From Tubiluchus corallicola (lineage: Eukaryota > Animalia > Priapulida), in NCBI GenBank assembly GCA_030141605.1, contig JAQGDQ010000223.1, forward strand, positions 300,179-364,178: 64,000 nt of DNA, given 5' to 3'. Positions 1-12,620 of the stretch are shown piece by piece (position 1 is the first letter of the stretch; the number at the start of each line of letters is the position of its first letter). The notes beneath the pieces are model-generated. The model searched no databases. It had not been told where the DNA came from and saw only the letters and a list, made by a program, of their open reading frames with translations. The position numbers and the translations under genes are program-made.

Positions 1-10
1 CGGGAAGCAG

Positions 11-108
11 ATTAGGTTAGGTTAGGTTTTTGGTTATGGTGAGTTTACGGTCATGGCTAGGGCTGGGTTAGGGTTAGGATTAGGGATAGGATTAGTGTTA
101 GGTTAGTG
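11..108 (+). repeat. Degenerate TTAGG/TTAGGG-like simple repeat (probably transposon-internal, not a telomere)
   Basis: Mixed GGTTA/GGGTTA/GGATTA units, short and highly degenerate. Confidence 0.6.
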
Positions 109-2239
109 TATTTAAATTGTGTGGGGGAGAGTACTTATTTGCTCTCACTAGACTAGTCATTTCATTAAAGAAAATTCTGAAAGACCATTTCTGAGCTCTA
201 TTATAAGAATTTCTGTTTCTCCTCATTAACTAAACAGACTTTAAAAATGTAATGTAGCATAAGCCAGCCACATATCTTTTCCTTTAGAGATCGTAGAATA
301 AAAAAACATTGTTTGTCTGACAAAAGAAGCTTAAGATATTGTTTGAAATGCCGTATATACACATTCGTGAAGCGCTTTCTTCTTAGCTATGTTATTTAAC
401 TGCAATACTTTTGTTTTAAAGTGTAAAATTTCTAAACTTAAGATAATAAGAAAATAATTTTGAAGACAAAAATTGGAACGACTAGTAAATTATACTTAAA
501 GATGAGGAAAAAAGAAGTAACACAAAAGGCCAGAAATTAGAAACTATTGGAAATAATAGTTTTTTTTGGGCTTTTTCTTTTGTACATCTTAAAAAGCGTA
601 CTAAAACGTAATGTACTAAACTAAACGATTTTGTACTTTTGTACTTATCTTCACGTTAAAGTTTTAACTAACTTTTTTACTTTTTTTCTAGACATATTGG
701 GCGGTTTTACCCCTGTCTTACTCATTTTATATTGCATTTGTATTTTAGCTTTTATCTGATCAAAGTCGAAATACCAAGAGCTTCTAACAAATTTTTTGCT
801 CTGAGACTTATCGGCAGCCTCTTGGATTGTCATGGCTAACAAATGGCAAAGCAGTAATTTTCCCCGCCTTTCGAATGGGATAATGGATGTTAAAAAGCAG
901 CAATCGCCAAATGTCGTCCGCAAATTGAGGTGAAGCCATGAAAATCCGCCGCGGTTCCATCAATACGATGAGGAGCGTAAAGCACAGGCCCTTGATTCGT
1001 TTATTAATAACATAAAATAGAATAAATAAAATAAAATAACATAAAACAAAATAAAATAAAATTTTTGCTGTCAAAGTAAGTACATATTGTACCATTTATA
1101 ACTGAGGCACCATTAACACTGCTATACACACAGGTTTTTAGAACGTATAGTATAATTTTGTATCACAGTTTAGTAAAAACAAATGGTTACATTAATTATT
1201 ACGGTTGCCAGCCGCAAGGGTTCAAATAAAAATCTGTTTTCAGTCTGCTGCACAGAGATGTTAGGCTGTACGCGATTCGCTCGATCAGTGACAGAAACAG
1301 AAAGAGCGAAAGACATTAACACCTTCCACAGCTCAAACTGCAGATTGTAGTGACATTTTGGCTACGTCATCTGATTCATCGGCAGACTGGAATGTCTTCT
1401 TTGTCGGGTGCATCGGCTTGTGTATTTTCAGCATAAGGTTTTAAACATTTGGGTTTGATTGCTGCTCACGATGATAGTACATGTGCAAAATCTTCAAATT
1501 GAGCTTTGTGAAATTCAGACTGTGCACCGATTGTATAATACACATTTCTTGCTGTTACAGGTACTGTGGTATATAAAAATGGTACACAAACAGTAAAAAT
1601 GGCCTTTTTAGTTTTTGCAGCGCTTTTTCTCGAATTAACCCAACTTCATTAAAATGTCAACAACGTGAAATTTTGAGATTTTTCCAATTCAAAATGTGCT
1701 ACGTTGTTGTAACTTTTACGCAACGAAATGTGTAGTATTTTATTAAAACTGCCTAAAAGGCCTATATAACCCCAATAGACACTGAAGTTTTTTAACGCAC
1801 TATTATGATTAGACAAAGAAGTTATAGTGATTTTTACAGAAAACTAACTTATAAATTATATAGCTTACCTTTTTCTGGCGAATTTTGAACGCGTGCACAT
1901 TGCTGCAAAAATGGCAGAGTTTCGCGTCTTATGCGCGAATGAGCGAGAATGACGCACGGAGGCACAGAAAGTGTCTTTGGTTACCGATGTTTATTCACCG
2001 ATCTTTGGTGACCTCGTGACTGTATTCATTACGTCATTTGTTTCGCGCAACGAAAAAAGCTGTTCTTCAAATTTAATACCGCAAACGACGAAGTGACAAA
2101 AAATTAAAAGAAACAAATTTTACAGTAAGTTTATAATAAAATATATTGAATTTTCATAAAGAGCGTAGGATTTTATATGGCAAAAGCTGATATTATAATG
2201 AGGGTATTGTTTGACTTTAAGGAAAGTTTCAAAACTTAA

Positions 2240-2407
2240 CTTTGTGGTGATGAAAAGGTCTTCTCGGCTTAAACCGCTGTCGGTAATGTACTTTTGCACA
2301 ACGGTTCCAATTTTTTGCTCGTTTTTGTATTCCCAAGACGTATCAAGGAGACGGTATCCAACCTCCAATGCTTTCTCTACAGCCGCTTCAGCTTCATCAC
2401 CGGTTAT
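2240..2407 (-). CDS. Aldo-keto reductase, coding exon 2 (gene continues past the left window edge)
   Basis: Acceptor aatttacAG, then ITGDEAEAAVEKALEVGYRLLDTSWEYKNEQKIGTVVQKYITDSGLSREDLFITTK: AKR motif GYRxxDTxxxYxNE and REDLFITTK, with catalytic Asp, Tyr and Lys. The donor is atypical (see findings). Confidence 0.9.
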
Positions 2408-2825
2408 CTGTAAATTACAGGCGCCATATATTTTTATGCTGGAGATCAGATGCTGTTGAACGCAGCGGTACTCCCTTAAACTGTAGCAAAGCGAATATGT
2501 ATCCAAACAAAGCGCCGAAACTTGCTCAAATTTACACTGATAAATATATAATGTACTTATTTACAAAGCGCTCTTTCAACAAAATTTTTGTCAAAGGTTT
2601 TGTACAATTAAAAATATATAGCTATAATACTAAAAAAACTGCAAACTTGCAAAACAATCGCCACTTATACATTAAAATACTGCTTTAAAAATCAATTTTC
2701 TGTTCCCTTTTAAAGTAATTTAAATTTGAGCATTTTCAAATTTCAGTTTGTACTTATACTTAAAAAGCCTAAATCAACAAAGACTTTCTTTTTATTAAAA
2801 GATAAAACAAGTTCTAATTCATTTT

Positions 2826-2873
2826 CAAGTAAGCTGGAGCCAGTCCATGTAGTGCCTTGTAGGATAAAACTAT
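2826..2873 (-). mobile_element. Tiny L2/CR1-group LINE ORF2 remnant in AKR intron 1
   Basis: Translates as IVLSYKALHGLAPAYL, matching the YKxLHGLAPxYL motif of L2-type ORF2 C-termini. Confidence 0.5.
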
Positions 2874-2962
2874 TATATTAAAAGTACACCGACATCTGAT
2901 TGATGGCTAATGAAGACTATACAAAGCATAAATAAAAAAGCTTCTCTATTGTTAGGCGCAAA

Positions 2963-2976
2963 TCGCCCTCTGGCGG
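2963..2976 (-). promoter_or_regulatory. CTCF-like motif
   Basis: CCGCCAGAGGGCGA on the minus strand, close to the CCASYAGRKGGCRS consensus; motif match only. Confidence 0.3.
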
Positions 2977-4457
2977 TGGTTATAAGAGGCCCAAGAACAT
3001 GAAAAAGTTCACCCACATTTTAAATTTTAGCAGTCATCACCAGTTGGTAGTTATTTAACAGGCAGGATAGAATAACAATTGTTGAATTTTAGATATTACT
3101 ACAAAGATAATATCTCGATATTATTTCGAAAACAGATCGATATGAAATTGGTGGTGCAATGATTATCAGGACTAAAATTTGAATGTACAGTAAGAATGCT
3201 TTAAGTTTAATTCCTGAGCTTTTGATAAAATCAGATTCTTTTTATTAATCTGATGATTTCAGTTTTTGCATATCTTTCACGTGCAAACTTTCGGGTCTGC
3301 CTCTTTAAACGATGAAGTAAAGCATAGAAGATAATGGAAAAAAGTTTGCGTGTAAATCCAAAACCAGGAAAGTAATCCAACAGCGTAAAATTAAGCAAAA
3401 ATTAACGAGCATTTGAAACAGACACTACACAATGATATTAGGTATCAAATCGCCTAAGAATATGTCAAATAAAATTCGGTACAAACAATGTAAATACAAC
3501 TCCTGGGCTAGCAGAAAAGTTGAGATTTAGTCACATTGACGTTAAAATCTGGACAAAATTTGAATGTTTAAAAAACAGTGTCCTGTGCATAGGGATGTGA
3601 TCAGAACCGCTTCTTCTGACAAATGATCCGATTGTGATGATAGCAATATATTTCTGAAACATAAGTCCCGGCTTGAAATACATTCAATACAGTTCAGATA
3701 TTCTTAAAATTTGACCACACTAAAACATTGTGTTGCCTATGCAGGGGCATAGACATTTGAGTGTAAAATATGCAAAAAAGACCAAGCATTGAAATGCGGT
3801 AACACGCAATACCGCGATTACTTGAAAATAGCTTGAGAATGAGAGCAATCATTGAACCTAATTTGTAAAATCAATGCTGCTACACTTGAAGCTCGTGGCT
3901 TCTTTTTGAGCGGTTATATGTATTTGTTTCTGTTTTCTGAGCTCAGACAGTATTCGTGTAGCAGACAACGATAGTGATTCAATAAAGTCCTGCCGCAACT
4001 AGCAAATTATTTAATCGAATAAATCCACGGTTGAAGGAACGATTGAGATAAAGATGTTAAGATTTTATCCTGGGTTTTCATGTAGTTGAAGCCAATAAAC
4101 GCAGAAAACAATACGCTGTAGTAATTGTGAAGTGCAGTAAAATGGAATGGCTTCGTGCGTAATTGAAATGTCTAGTTTTCACTTTTCTCCGCCCACGTTC
4201 CTCTCAACTGAGCCACCTCTGCACGTTCAGTGTCTTGCCTTGATAACGAGCTAGATTCCGGTCGCGCCATAAACAACTCGGTGAACACGACTGCATTTGA
4301 GTACTAGATTTTGGCTTGCAGTAAGTCGATGTGTATTAAAAACAGAAAACGGGTACAAACCAACAGTATCATACTAACTAGATTGTATTGACTAGTGCCT
4401 GATATTTTTTTCTTTTTAAACAAACTCTTCATCATTTAAAATGTACATATGACATAC

Positions 4458-4529
4458 CATGAAGGTGCCGAATCCCACTACTGGCATCCTCTTGCCATTA
4501 TTGAGTTCCACAGATGGCGTCGGTGTCAT
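4458..4529 (-). CDS. Aldo-keto reductase, coding exon 1
   Basis: MTPTPSVELNNGKRMPVVGFGTFM then phase-0 donor GTATGT. This is the classic AKR N-terminus (LNNGxxMPxxGxGT) and joins in frame to the exon at 2407. It is too short for the ORF track. Confidence 0.9.
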
Positions 4530-5089
4530 GTTGCGACTTTGACGTAAATCTTGACCTAAGAAGCCAGACAAACAATCACTGCATCGCTGAAGTCATTCAG
4601 TAGTCGCAAGCATGAGTTCATTCCAAGTAACAATACACTGTGCAGCGTGCAACCGAACGTTCAAGACGTAAACGGCTGAATTATTTATTGCAAAAACATT
4701 AATAATTAGCTAGCTGGGCAATAGCAGTTTTAATGTCAAGTGATCGATAGCACCTACTTAGTACCTGGCAGGTGTACTAGGCACAGCACTTGTAATTAAG
4801 GACAGACAAAAGCAAAAACTAAGGCAGTACCAGTACATTAACTTACAACAAGCTGGAACGCACATTGTCTTTGAAATTGACATTGGTATGATTGAAGTGC
4901 AAGATACCCACTTATATGTACATATAACTGTAGATATAGTTTAATAATAGATCATAATAGATCACAGTTAGTACACACTGCGACACATGGCGCAAAAATC
5001 TGAAAAGAAAATTTGCGTTTATGTTGGGTGCCAAAGTTTAGAATACACTACTGTTAGAAACAAATAATCTACAAAACTGAAATTTCATT

Positions 5090-5400
5090 GTTTGATACAG
5101 TACTGCAATACACTAACTTTATGCTGCGAAAGATACATGTTTATAGTTTTAGAAGCTTTCAATTAATGGTCGAAAAATTTCTACATGTTAAAAATTTGAA
5201 TGCCGGAACAATGCCAGCTAATCATCAATTGAAAAATAACCATGTCGACGCACTTAAAAAACTCATTTAGTCAATATGTAGCAGCAAGTTTACATGCTCT
5301 TCGCTACAAAAATAAAGTACTGCTGAAGATTTGTTGTCAAGAAAAATGGAACTTGTGAACTTGTGAACAACGGTATCTGTCGTTTTCAGAGAAAGAGTAT
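5090..5400 (+). repeat. Dispersed repeat family B, copy 1
   Basis: Shares the block atgttaaaaattt..at..cggaacaa...cagctaatcatc.at with ~19700-19920 and ~42770-43050; boundaries approximate. Confidence 0.65.
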
Positions 5401-7939
5401 AACGCCGAAACAGAGCGGTCTGATGTAGAGAACCCCAAAGCAAAAATTGTTGAGCGCTGGGGATCTAAAGAAGTAAGAAAAGCAGGGAACGGTGTCAGCT
5501 GTTGGAAGAATTGCCTTCGTCTAGTTTGTAGTAAAAAAATTTAACAGTATCGTTCAATGTTCGATTCGCAGCTTCATGTTGATTTTGAAATGTCAAGTGC
5601 CGCAGTATTATTTTATCTGCACGTTTCCTGTTATAAGCGATCTTATATTAGCCATTCAGACTGATTCGCGTTCGCTCTGAATGTCCAAGTTACTAAAAAA
5701 AGAAAAAAATCTAATTTTCTACCAACAAACTGTAAATGAATGTTTACGTTCGTGTAAAGCAATCAACTAGAGAAATTACTTAACGCTAAGCTGCTGCTTG
5801 CATGAGTGTTTTGGATGACTAAGTCATGTTTATATTAACTAAACTGATATGGACTAAATAACTAACTTGGCTCAAAATGAAAGTGAGTACAAACATATAG
5901 GCCACATCAACCTCTTTGTCCCACGGCGCTCATTCCGAAAAACCTGATTTGCAGTGCATTTGTGACCATACATGTCTTTGCTACATGTTAATAACGTTTT
6001 AATCAGGACAGAATCTAGGCTTCCATACTTGTAAGCTCAAGAAATGTCCATGTCAATCTCTTTACGTCAGTGCTAGAGCTGAATCTTCTAGGGCTCGTCC
6101 ATAATAATTAACAGCTTAACAATAATTCTGCATGGGAGTTCTGCTTGGATTTTCTCGAATTTAGAATTTCGCGTTCATAAGACTGAAAGCAAAGACCAAT
6201 CAACATGAACGCCGAAATAAGAAAAAAAACTCAGTTGAAGTAATAAAATATTCGCAAAACTTAATTTTATGATTTTTATACCTTGTCTGGTTTTAAAATT
6301 CATTTTAAGTTTGAAATTTTGTGAAATGCAGTTTGATTAAAGGATCACATACAGCACTCCGTTATTCTGCCCTTACTTGTTGTATAGATCTCGGTTTGAA
6401 ATTTGATTTTGTAACTTTACTTCTAATAACTTTATTTCTAGACACAAAATTGTTTTCGTTTTCTTCTTGACACAAAATTGTATAATTATCATCAGTAGTG
6501 GCGACAAGCTTTTTACTGACCAAAAACTATTATTACATTTAATCAGGGCAACACTTTGTTAGTACAAAATTTACTCCATAACATTTGTACATTGACGGTC
6601 GTGAAGGTGTTAAAATGGCTTTAAGAAGAGTGTAGCAATATAGTTAACATATTTGACACTATACTCTCAGTCACACAAGTAACAGTGATTAGTGTTCAAA
6701 ACATGTAAGGCACTGATGAATATAGACCACAACAGCTTGGTTATTGTTATGCTTAAATATAGAACAAAGGGATGCCACATCAATATTAGAGAACTGAGGT
6801 CGTTGTCTGATCGGGTCAGTCTTCGTGTACTTCATCTTGAACGTGCCTTGGGTCGTCAGTACAGCAGTCGCAAAACCTCTGGTGCCCAGGTGTGTTTGTC
6901 CACCTGCCACTTTCAATAGTCTATGACCTGATATCCTAGCCTTTATCCAGGAAACTCTTTCGAGTTCAGGAACAGGCACCGTCTTATTTTGAATACATAG
7001 CTACTAACCAAATCCGGATTCACAAGTTTGTACGTAACTATCCTACTAGAAATAGACACTACACTACACTCTGGTTTCTTTATCCTCAATTCCTGGGTCT
7101 CTTATCAGGGTAATGACGCTATTGATGTACGTATAGGTAGAGGTTGCTGCCGCTTGATATTTATTTATCGTATCCATTAATATAGGATGCTTACCAAGAT
7201 TACGGAAAATCTTTGTAAAGATCCTGCTGTATTGCTGGCTCTGAATGTATGCCTGTGCCGATGATATATTAACTCACAGACTTACATACACAAGCGTGAA
7301 TAGCAATGTCTTCATTGCGCAAACCTTTCAACGGTTTCATGTGTTCCTGTAACAACTAATGACTAGACTACTGAAAGTACGTAATTAAGCACCCATCACT
7401 AAGCATTAATTAATTGTAGAGCGCCCAGTGACGTCAGCTTAGTCAAAGTTTACGGTGTCAAGTTGCCCATCAAACGTGCCATCAGTGAACCGCCGTTAAA
7501 GTTCAGATTTACTAGCTATTATGCTAAACCATTTCCCAGCAAACAATCAATTTGTGAAGCCATTTAGTAGGAATCTATAAACCAAGTCCTTTCATTGAGT
7601 TATGACTCAGCTGTAGTGTGAATGGAGCATTAGAGAGACTACGTGGCGCGAAACCAGCTGCGGCTCCACACAACTGTATCAGAACAGCGACTCGTACAAC
7701 GTTATATTAAACCATCGATTTTGGACTTCAGTCAGAAAAGGTGAGAAAACAATTCTGGTTTGTCACAGTTCAAAAACCTACTGTTGAGTTAAGGCCAGCT
7801 AATTTGATTGATTGATTGATTAATTAATTAATTGCACCATTGGGATCTGATAGTCCACCCCATCAGAAAAGGAATGCGTTTTGATTGATTGTGCACTAGT
7901 GGACACCTTCTCTGTTATGTACGGAATGCAAATGATAAA

Positions 7940-8030
7940 AAGTGCGACTTCTAGCTGTAAGGTTCTGTGTTCAAATTCTGGTTTCTCACAATTTTAACGT
8001 CTTCCTTTTTCTCCTACAGTTAATTAGCAA
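7940..8030 (+). mobile_element. Decayed tRNA-derived SINE head
   Basis: aaggttctgtgttcaaattctgg (B-box-like), similar to the copy at ~12500-12600. Confidence 0.4.
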
Positions 8031-8479
8031 CTATGTTAATTGTTGTTTACGTGCAAGCCGTTAAGTAAATTAATTCCGGCTTATCACAGGGCAAAAATCT
8101 ATTGTTAACAACAGGTAACGACAAAGAGATAGTAGAATTTATGTCAATGGCGTTTTTTATTTATTATTGAGACGCTTAGGAAGCAGTATAACGAGAATCT
8201 GATTTGAATGTGATTTAGTGTCATAAAAACTACACCATTCCATGATTCCCATTCTATTACTTAATTGCTTGTTGTACTTAAGGCAGAATTATTGAGTGCC
8301 TCAACAGAATCTTAATGAATAAAGACTAAAATTTAATGTTTACAAGAATTGTCAAGTTAGCTGTAATGGATAGACAGTCGAAAAGGCTTTAAACTAACGA
8401 GTAAAGCTCGACCTTGCTTAGACATGGTAATGTAACGCAGTATGCTATTCATTGAAAAATAGATGAATATATATATATA

Positions 8480-8555
8480 TGCTATAAAGGACATATTATA
8501 GCTATGCTATGTACATACATATATATTATATATATATATAATGTCCTTTATAGCA
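8480..8555. repeat. 15-bp perfect inverted repeat around an AT-rich spacer
   Basis: TGCTATAAAGGACAT (8480-8494) / ATGTCCTTTATAGCA (8541-8555). Confidence 0.8.
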
Positions 8556-9235
8556 AATTAAAGTGTCGTTATTATAATGCTCCAAATGTCTGTCGTACAA
8601 CTCATTAAGATCACAATTTAATGCATTGAAATAAACAGCAACTTTATTAAACACTAGCATGCTCAACTATAACAACAGCTTTAACATTATCCCAGACATG
8701 CTGTCCGGCTTCACAACACTGAACTAGTCGCTGATGCAATCAGAAAACAATGTAATATGTGCTGCCATCTATTAGTGACAATGCATACCACACAGTTATA
8801 TAGCGTGATTTTTTTCATTAACTACTTCTTAAACATATTTTTTTACTTTTACAAACTAAATCTTCTATTTCAAATACAAAGTCTTTCAGACTTCCTACCG
8901 TTAATGAGCCCATGTTAATTCCTTCTTGGCGTCTTATGCATTTTAACGTTTATACACCTAAGGGATTAATAATGCAATTTTATATGTGCATTCTAATGAG
9001 CACTAGAGACGTCACATCCATACATTGTCCGCGTTTTATTACAAAGTGGAAAATTTTCTGAAATCATCGTGCATACTGCGAATTGATAAATCCCGCGTAC
9101 ATCGTAACTTTATTCCTGTATGATGTCGAAATTTTTCGCAAGATTAACAGTTAGGCCTAACTGCACTTGGTACTTAGAGTAGCCTACATGACATCCTGTG
9201 ACAAGAATCAGTCATTGCATCGCAGAAGCGGTTAA

Positions 9236-9660
9236 AGGAAAACAGAATTTTGAAGTATGCATTTATAATAATACCCAGCGGTTTTGCTAATTAAATAATA
9301 GGTTGAAAACTTAATTAACGGTGGGCGAGCCCAACTATTGATGATATCACAAATGAACATAATTTTCAACGGCGCAAACATTTCATGAACGAATTTCAAG
9401 TGTTTACGAAAGCGACAACTGAAGCACAGTGCTACTGTACAACATTCAGTGTGATATACACTGTTTAAAATTCAACTTTCAAATTTAGCGCCGTATTCAC
9501 GTATGAACTGTGCACTACGTCACAAATGAAACCTCTGAAATGCATGTAACAACGAAGAGCTGCCCAGAATGCGAAATTACGATTTTGTGGTAATAATTTT
9601 TTCGCGTAAGTCATTCTCGAAAAAATTGTATATTCCCTTTCAGGCAATTCCGATTTTCCT
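9236..9660 (-). mobile_element. Kolobok-like MITE family A, internally deleted copy
   Basis: TTAA|AGGAAAA ... TTTTCCT|TTAA termini; body is the reverse complement of parts of the 11.1 and 20.3 kb copies. Confidence 0.7.
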
Positions 9661-9983
9661 TTAAGGCAAAAGAAACGAGTTCCTCTTCGCATCGTATGCA
9701 AAATGTCATGATTCATAAAGCCAGTTCTAACTAATAAGAATGCATGCTAATGATTTTAGGCCTGCAGAAAGGGATTACCTCTAAGTCAAAACGAATCCTT
9801 ATCTTCTTGAATTTTGAAAGGACATTATAGGGCTTAACTATAAAATTTGCTGGCAAGCGGTACGATATACAGTGAAGAAAAATCAGAAAACTGCATTGAA
9901 ATTACGAAAGAAAGGGCGTTGAGTAGCGTTTACCTAACATACGGAATGTGTATGCATTTTGTGTTACACATCTGCGGAATGTC

Positions 9984-10282
<299 letters not shown>

Positions 10283-11124
10283 ATTGAGCAGCCTTGTATA
10301 TAGTGCTTGTAAAGTTCACGTACTAAGCGTAAAGCCATATTCCAAATATTTGTTAGTGGCAATAAAGTATTTACTTATTTCAAGTACTTCAACTAATATT
10401 TCTGTAATTTATCAGCCTGTAAATAGAGGCCTCGTTTGTACACACACATTTGTACATATTTACGAAATAAAGAATTACCATCATCATCAATTTTTTTAAG
10501 CTGCAGAACAGTCACTCATACTTAAAAGTCGTTGAATTTAAGTTTGTGTGCGTGTTAAGCACGAAAATCTGCGATAGGTTAGAATACAGTAACTAAGCCA
10601 AGTTCATGGTTCTTGCTTTCCTGTCTGTGCGTATATACGTATCATGTACATTATGGTGCAACATCTTTCTAAGCTCTAAAACAGCAAAACGATGGTTATT
10701 TTTATAGCAATAATTGTTGTTACTAATCGTAGCGTTTACAGAATCTTGTAAACATTTGCATATTAACTTATAGTATGTGTACTTATTTACTTAGCTACTG
10801 GGATATTCGTACGAAAAGATAAAAGGATACAAATAATATTACGCATGCGTAGTAAAGAGTATATACGAGTTAACCTTCGGGCATTGGCCTCTAAAACTTC
10901 TACTGAATGACTCATGCTCAAATAAATAAGTCTCATGGGGTCACGTGAGAGAAAAGATTTTGCTTTTTATTCTAAAGGAATCGAAATATTATGTATTTCA
11001 TTTTCAATATACATGTATATATTATGGTCTAGAATTCCGATTGTGTGATGTAATCGACCCTTTTCACATGTGGGAAACTTTCCAAAGGGCATTTGGTTTG
11101 TTCGCATGTGCCAAAAGACATTAA

Positions 11125-11730
11125 AGGAAACCTAGACCCAACTGAAACTGTACGTCAAAACACTCTACTTTTTAAAATACTGAACGGTAACACACTATTT
11201 TTTCAAGAATGACTTACGTTAAGAATTATTACCACACAAACGCAATTTCGTCTTCGCGCGGCTAGTTCTTCCCTGTTACGCGCGCTTCGCTATTCGTTAG
11301 TTAGATGGGCACTAGCACCCGCATTTCGGAAACGCGTTGCACAAAAAAAACAAGAGCTGTACCTCTCAGATCTGAGATGCTCGTTTGTGATATAGTGCAC
11401 ACACTCGAGAGCTCATGCGTAATCACTGCAGTAAATTTGAAATTAGAATTTTAAACTTAAATTTGACAAGTTTTTGTATGCCACACTGAATGATGTACAG
11501 TAGCACTGTATTCAATTTTTGCGTCCGAATACACGTGCAATACGCTCGTGGAATGTTTGTCCAGTTAAAAATTGTGTTCATTTATGATGTCATCACTAGT
11601 TGAGCTCGGTCGGCGTTAATTAAGTTTTTAATCTATTATTTAATTATCAGAAATGCTTTAACAGTATTATTGGTGTTAAAATGTACACTTTTTGCCGTAT
11701 TTCAAATGGGGTAGGATGTAGGGTCGTCCT
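11125..11730 (+). mobile_element. Kolobok-like MITE family A copy
   Basis: Starts TTAA|AGGAAAC and ends GTCGTCCT; ~600 bp alignable by eye to the 20.3 and 43.1 kb copies. Confidence 0.7.
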
Positions 11731-12499
11731 AAAAGATTATCATTTACAAGTTTGTCTCTGCGCTTGCGTCAGTAAATAATAGCAAACAATCAAGGAAGTT
11801 ATAACTATAGTTTAGAAGACTGTCACATTATCCGCACAGCCGCACAGCCATGCCCGTCCTCTGACAGCCAAGCTAATAATACTAGATTGATTGCTTTCAT
11901 ATTCCGAACCGGGCCAACACGGACATTCAAGATATTAGCATCAGAGCATGAAAAATTAGTCCCTGAATATCCTTGAATATTTGAAATGTTCTTCTCTTAG
12001 GTTACTTGGTTGTACTAATCTTCACTAGTACTTAGAAGCCGAGTTTTATCCACAGAGATTGTCTCTAATTAGTTGCCCTGTTTCCCAGGCCAATACAATC
12101 GATATCCTGCCACATGCAGTTAGCCATAAGGGCAATATAAATTGCAAGTGAGATGCAATTTACAGCAACTGAGATGCTATTGATGTTTGTTTGTGGAAAA
12201 TCCTGGAAAATAATGATAGAACTGTTGTTGTGTTTTTGGGTGGGTCAAGCTCCATAGCTGCATTTTACATTTACCAAAGACGATTACTGAGTAAGCTCTA
12301 ACTTCCTACTAAGTAACTAAAGCATTTTGACATCCACCAAAAGCGAGAAAGAGAGTTAGATATCTCAGTAGACAGTATGATACCAATGATGGAATAAACT
12401 TATTACTGAATTTTTAAAAACAAACATTTCCGACAGAAAGAAATTTCAAAAATCTGGGTTTGAACCAAAAAACTTTCTAACTAAACATGAAGTTGAACC

Positions 12500-12620
12500 G
12501 TAGACAACTGCACAATCCATTGGTTTTGCTTTAAATCTAAGACCAAAGGTCCCTGGTTCAAATCCTGACTTTTCACATTTCCTTCCTTTCAAGTTTGGCT
12601 TCAAAATTCCAATAATAATA
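12500..12620 (+). mobile_element. Decayed tRNA-derived SINE head
   Basis: aaggtccctGGTTCAAATCCtgac (B-box); no full cloverleaf. Confidence 0.45.

Noticed and set aside
11-108. Telomere
   Set aside because: Short, degenerate mix of TTAGG/TTAGGG embedded in ordinary sequence; not a terminal array.
651-1095. ORFs as AKR exon 3 (LLLFNIHYP vaguely like DLYLIHWP)
   Set aside because: No other AKR motif and no fitting splice sites; exon 3 probably lies beyond the window.
1400-1560. THAP-like remnant on the minus strand (HSLNFTK..FEDF..LKP.A)
   Set aside because: Needs frameshifts and lacks the diagnostic Cys/His residues; too weak.
6689-7346. 96-aa ORF and nearby exon-like segments with GTAAG donors (minus strand)
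   Set aside because: No recognisable protein similarity; they could be AKR UTR exons but this cannot be supported without RNA data.
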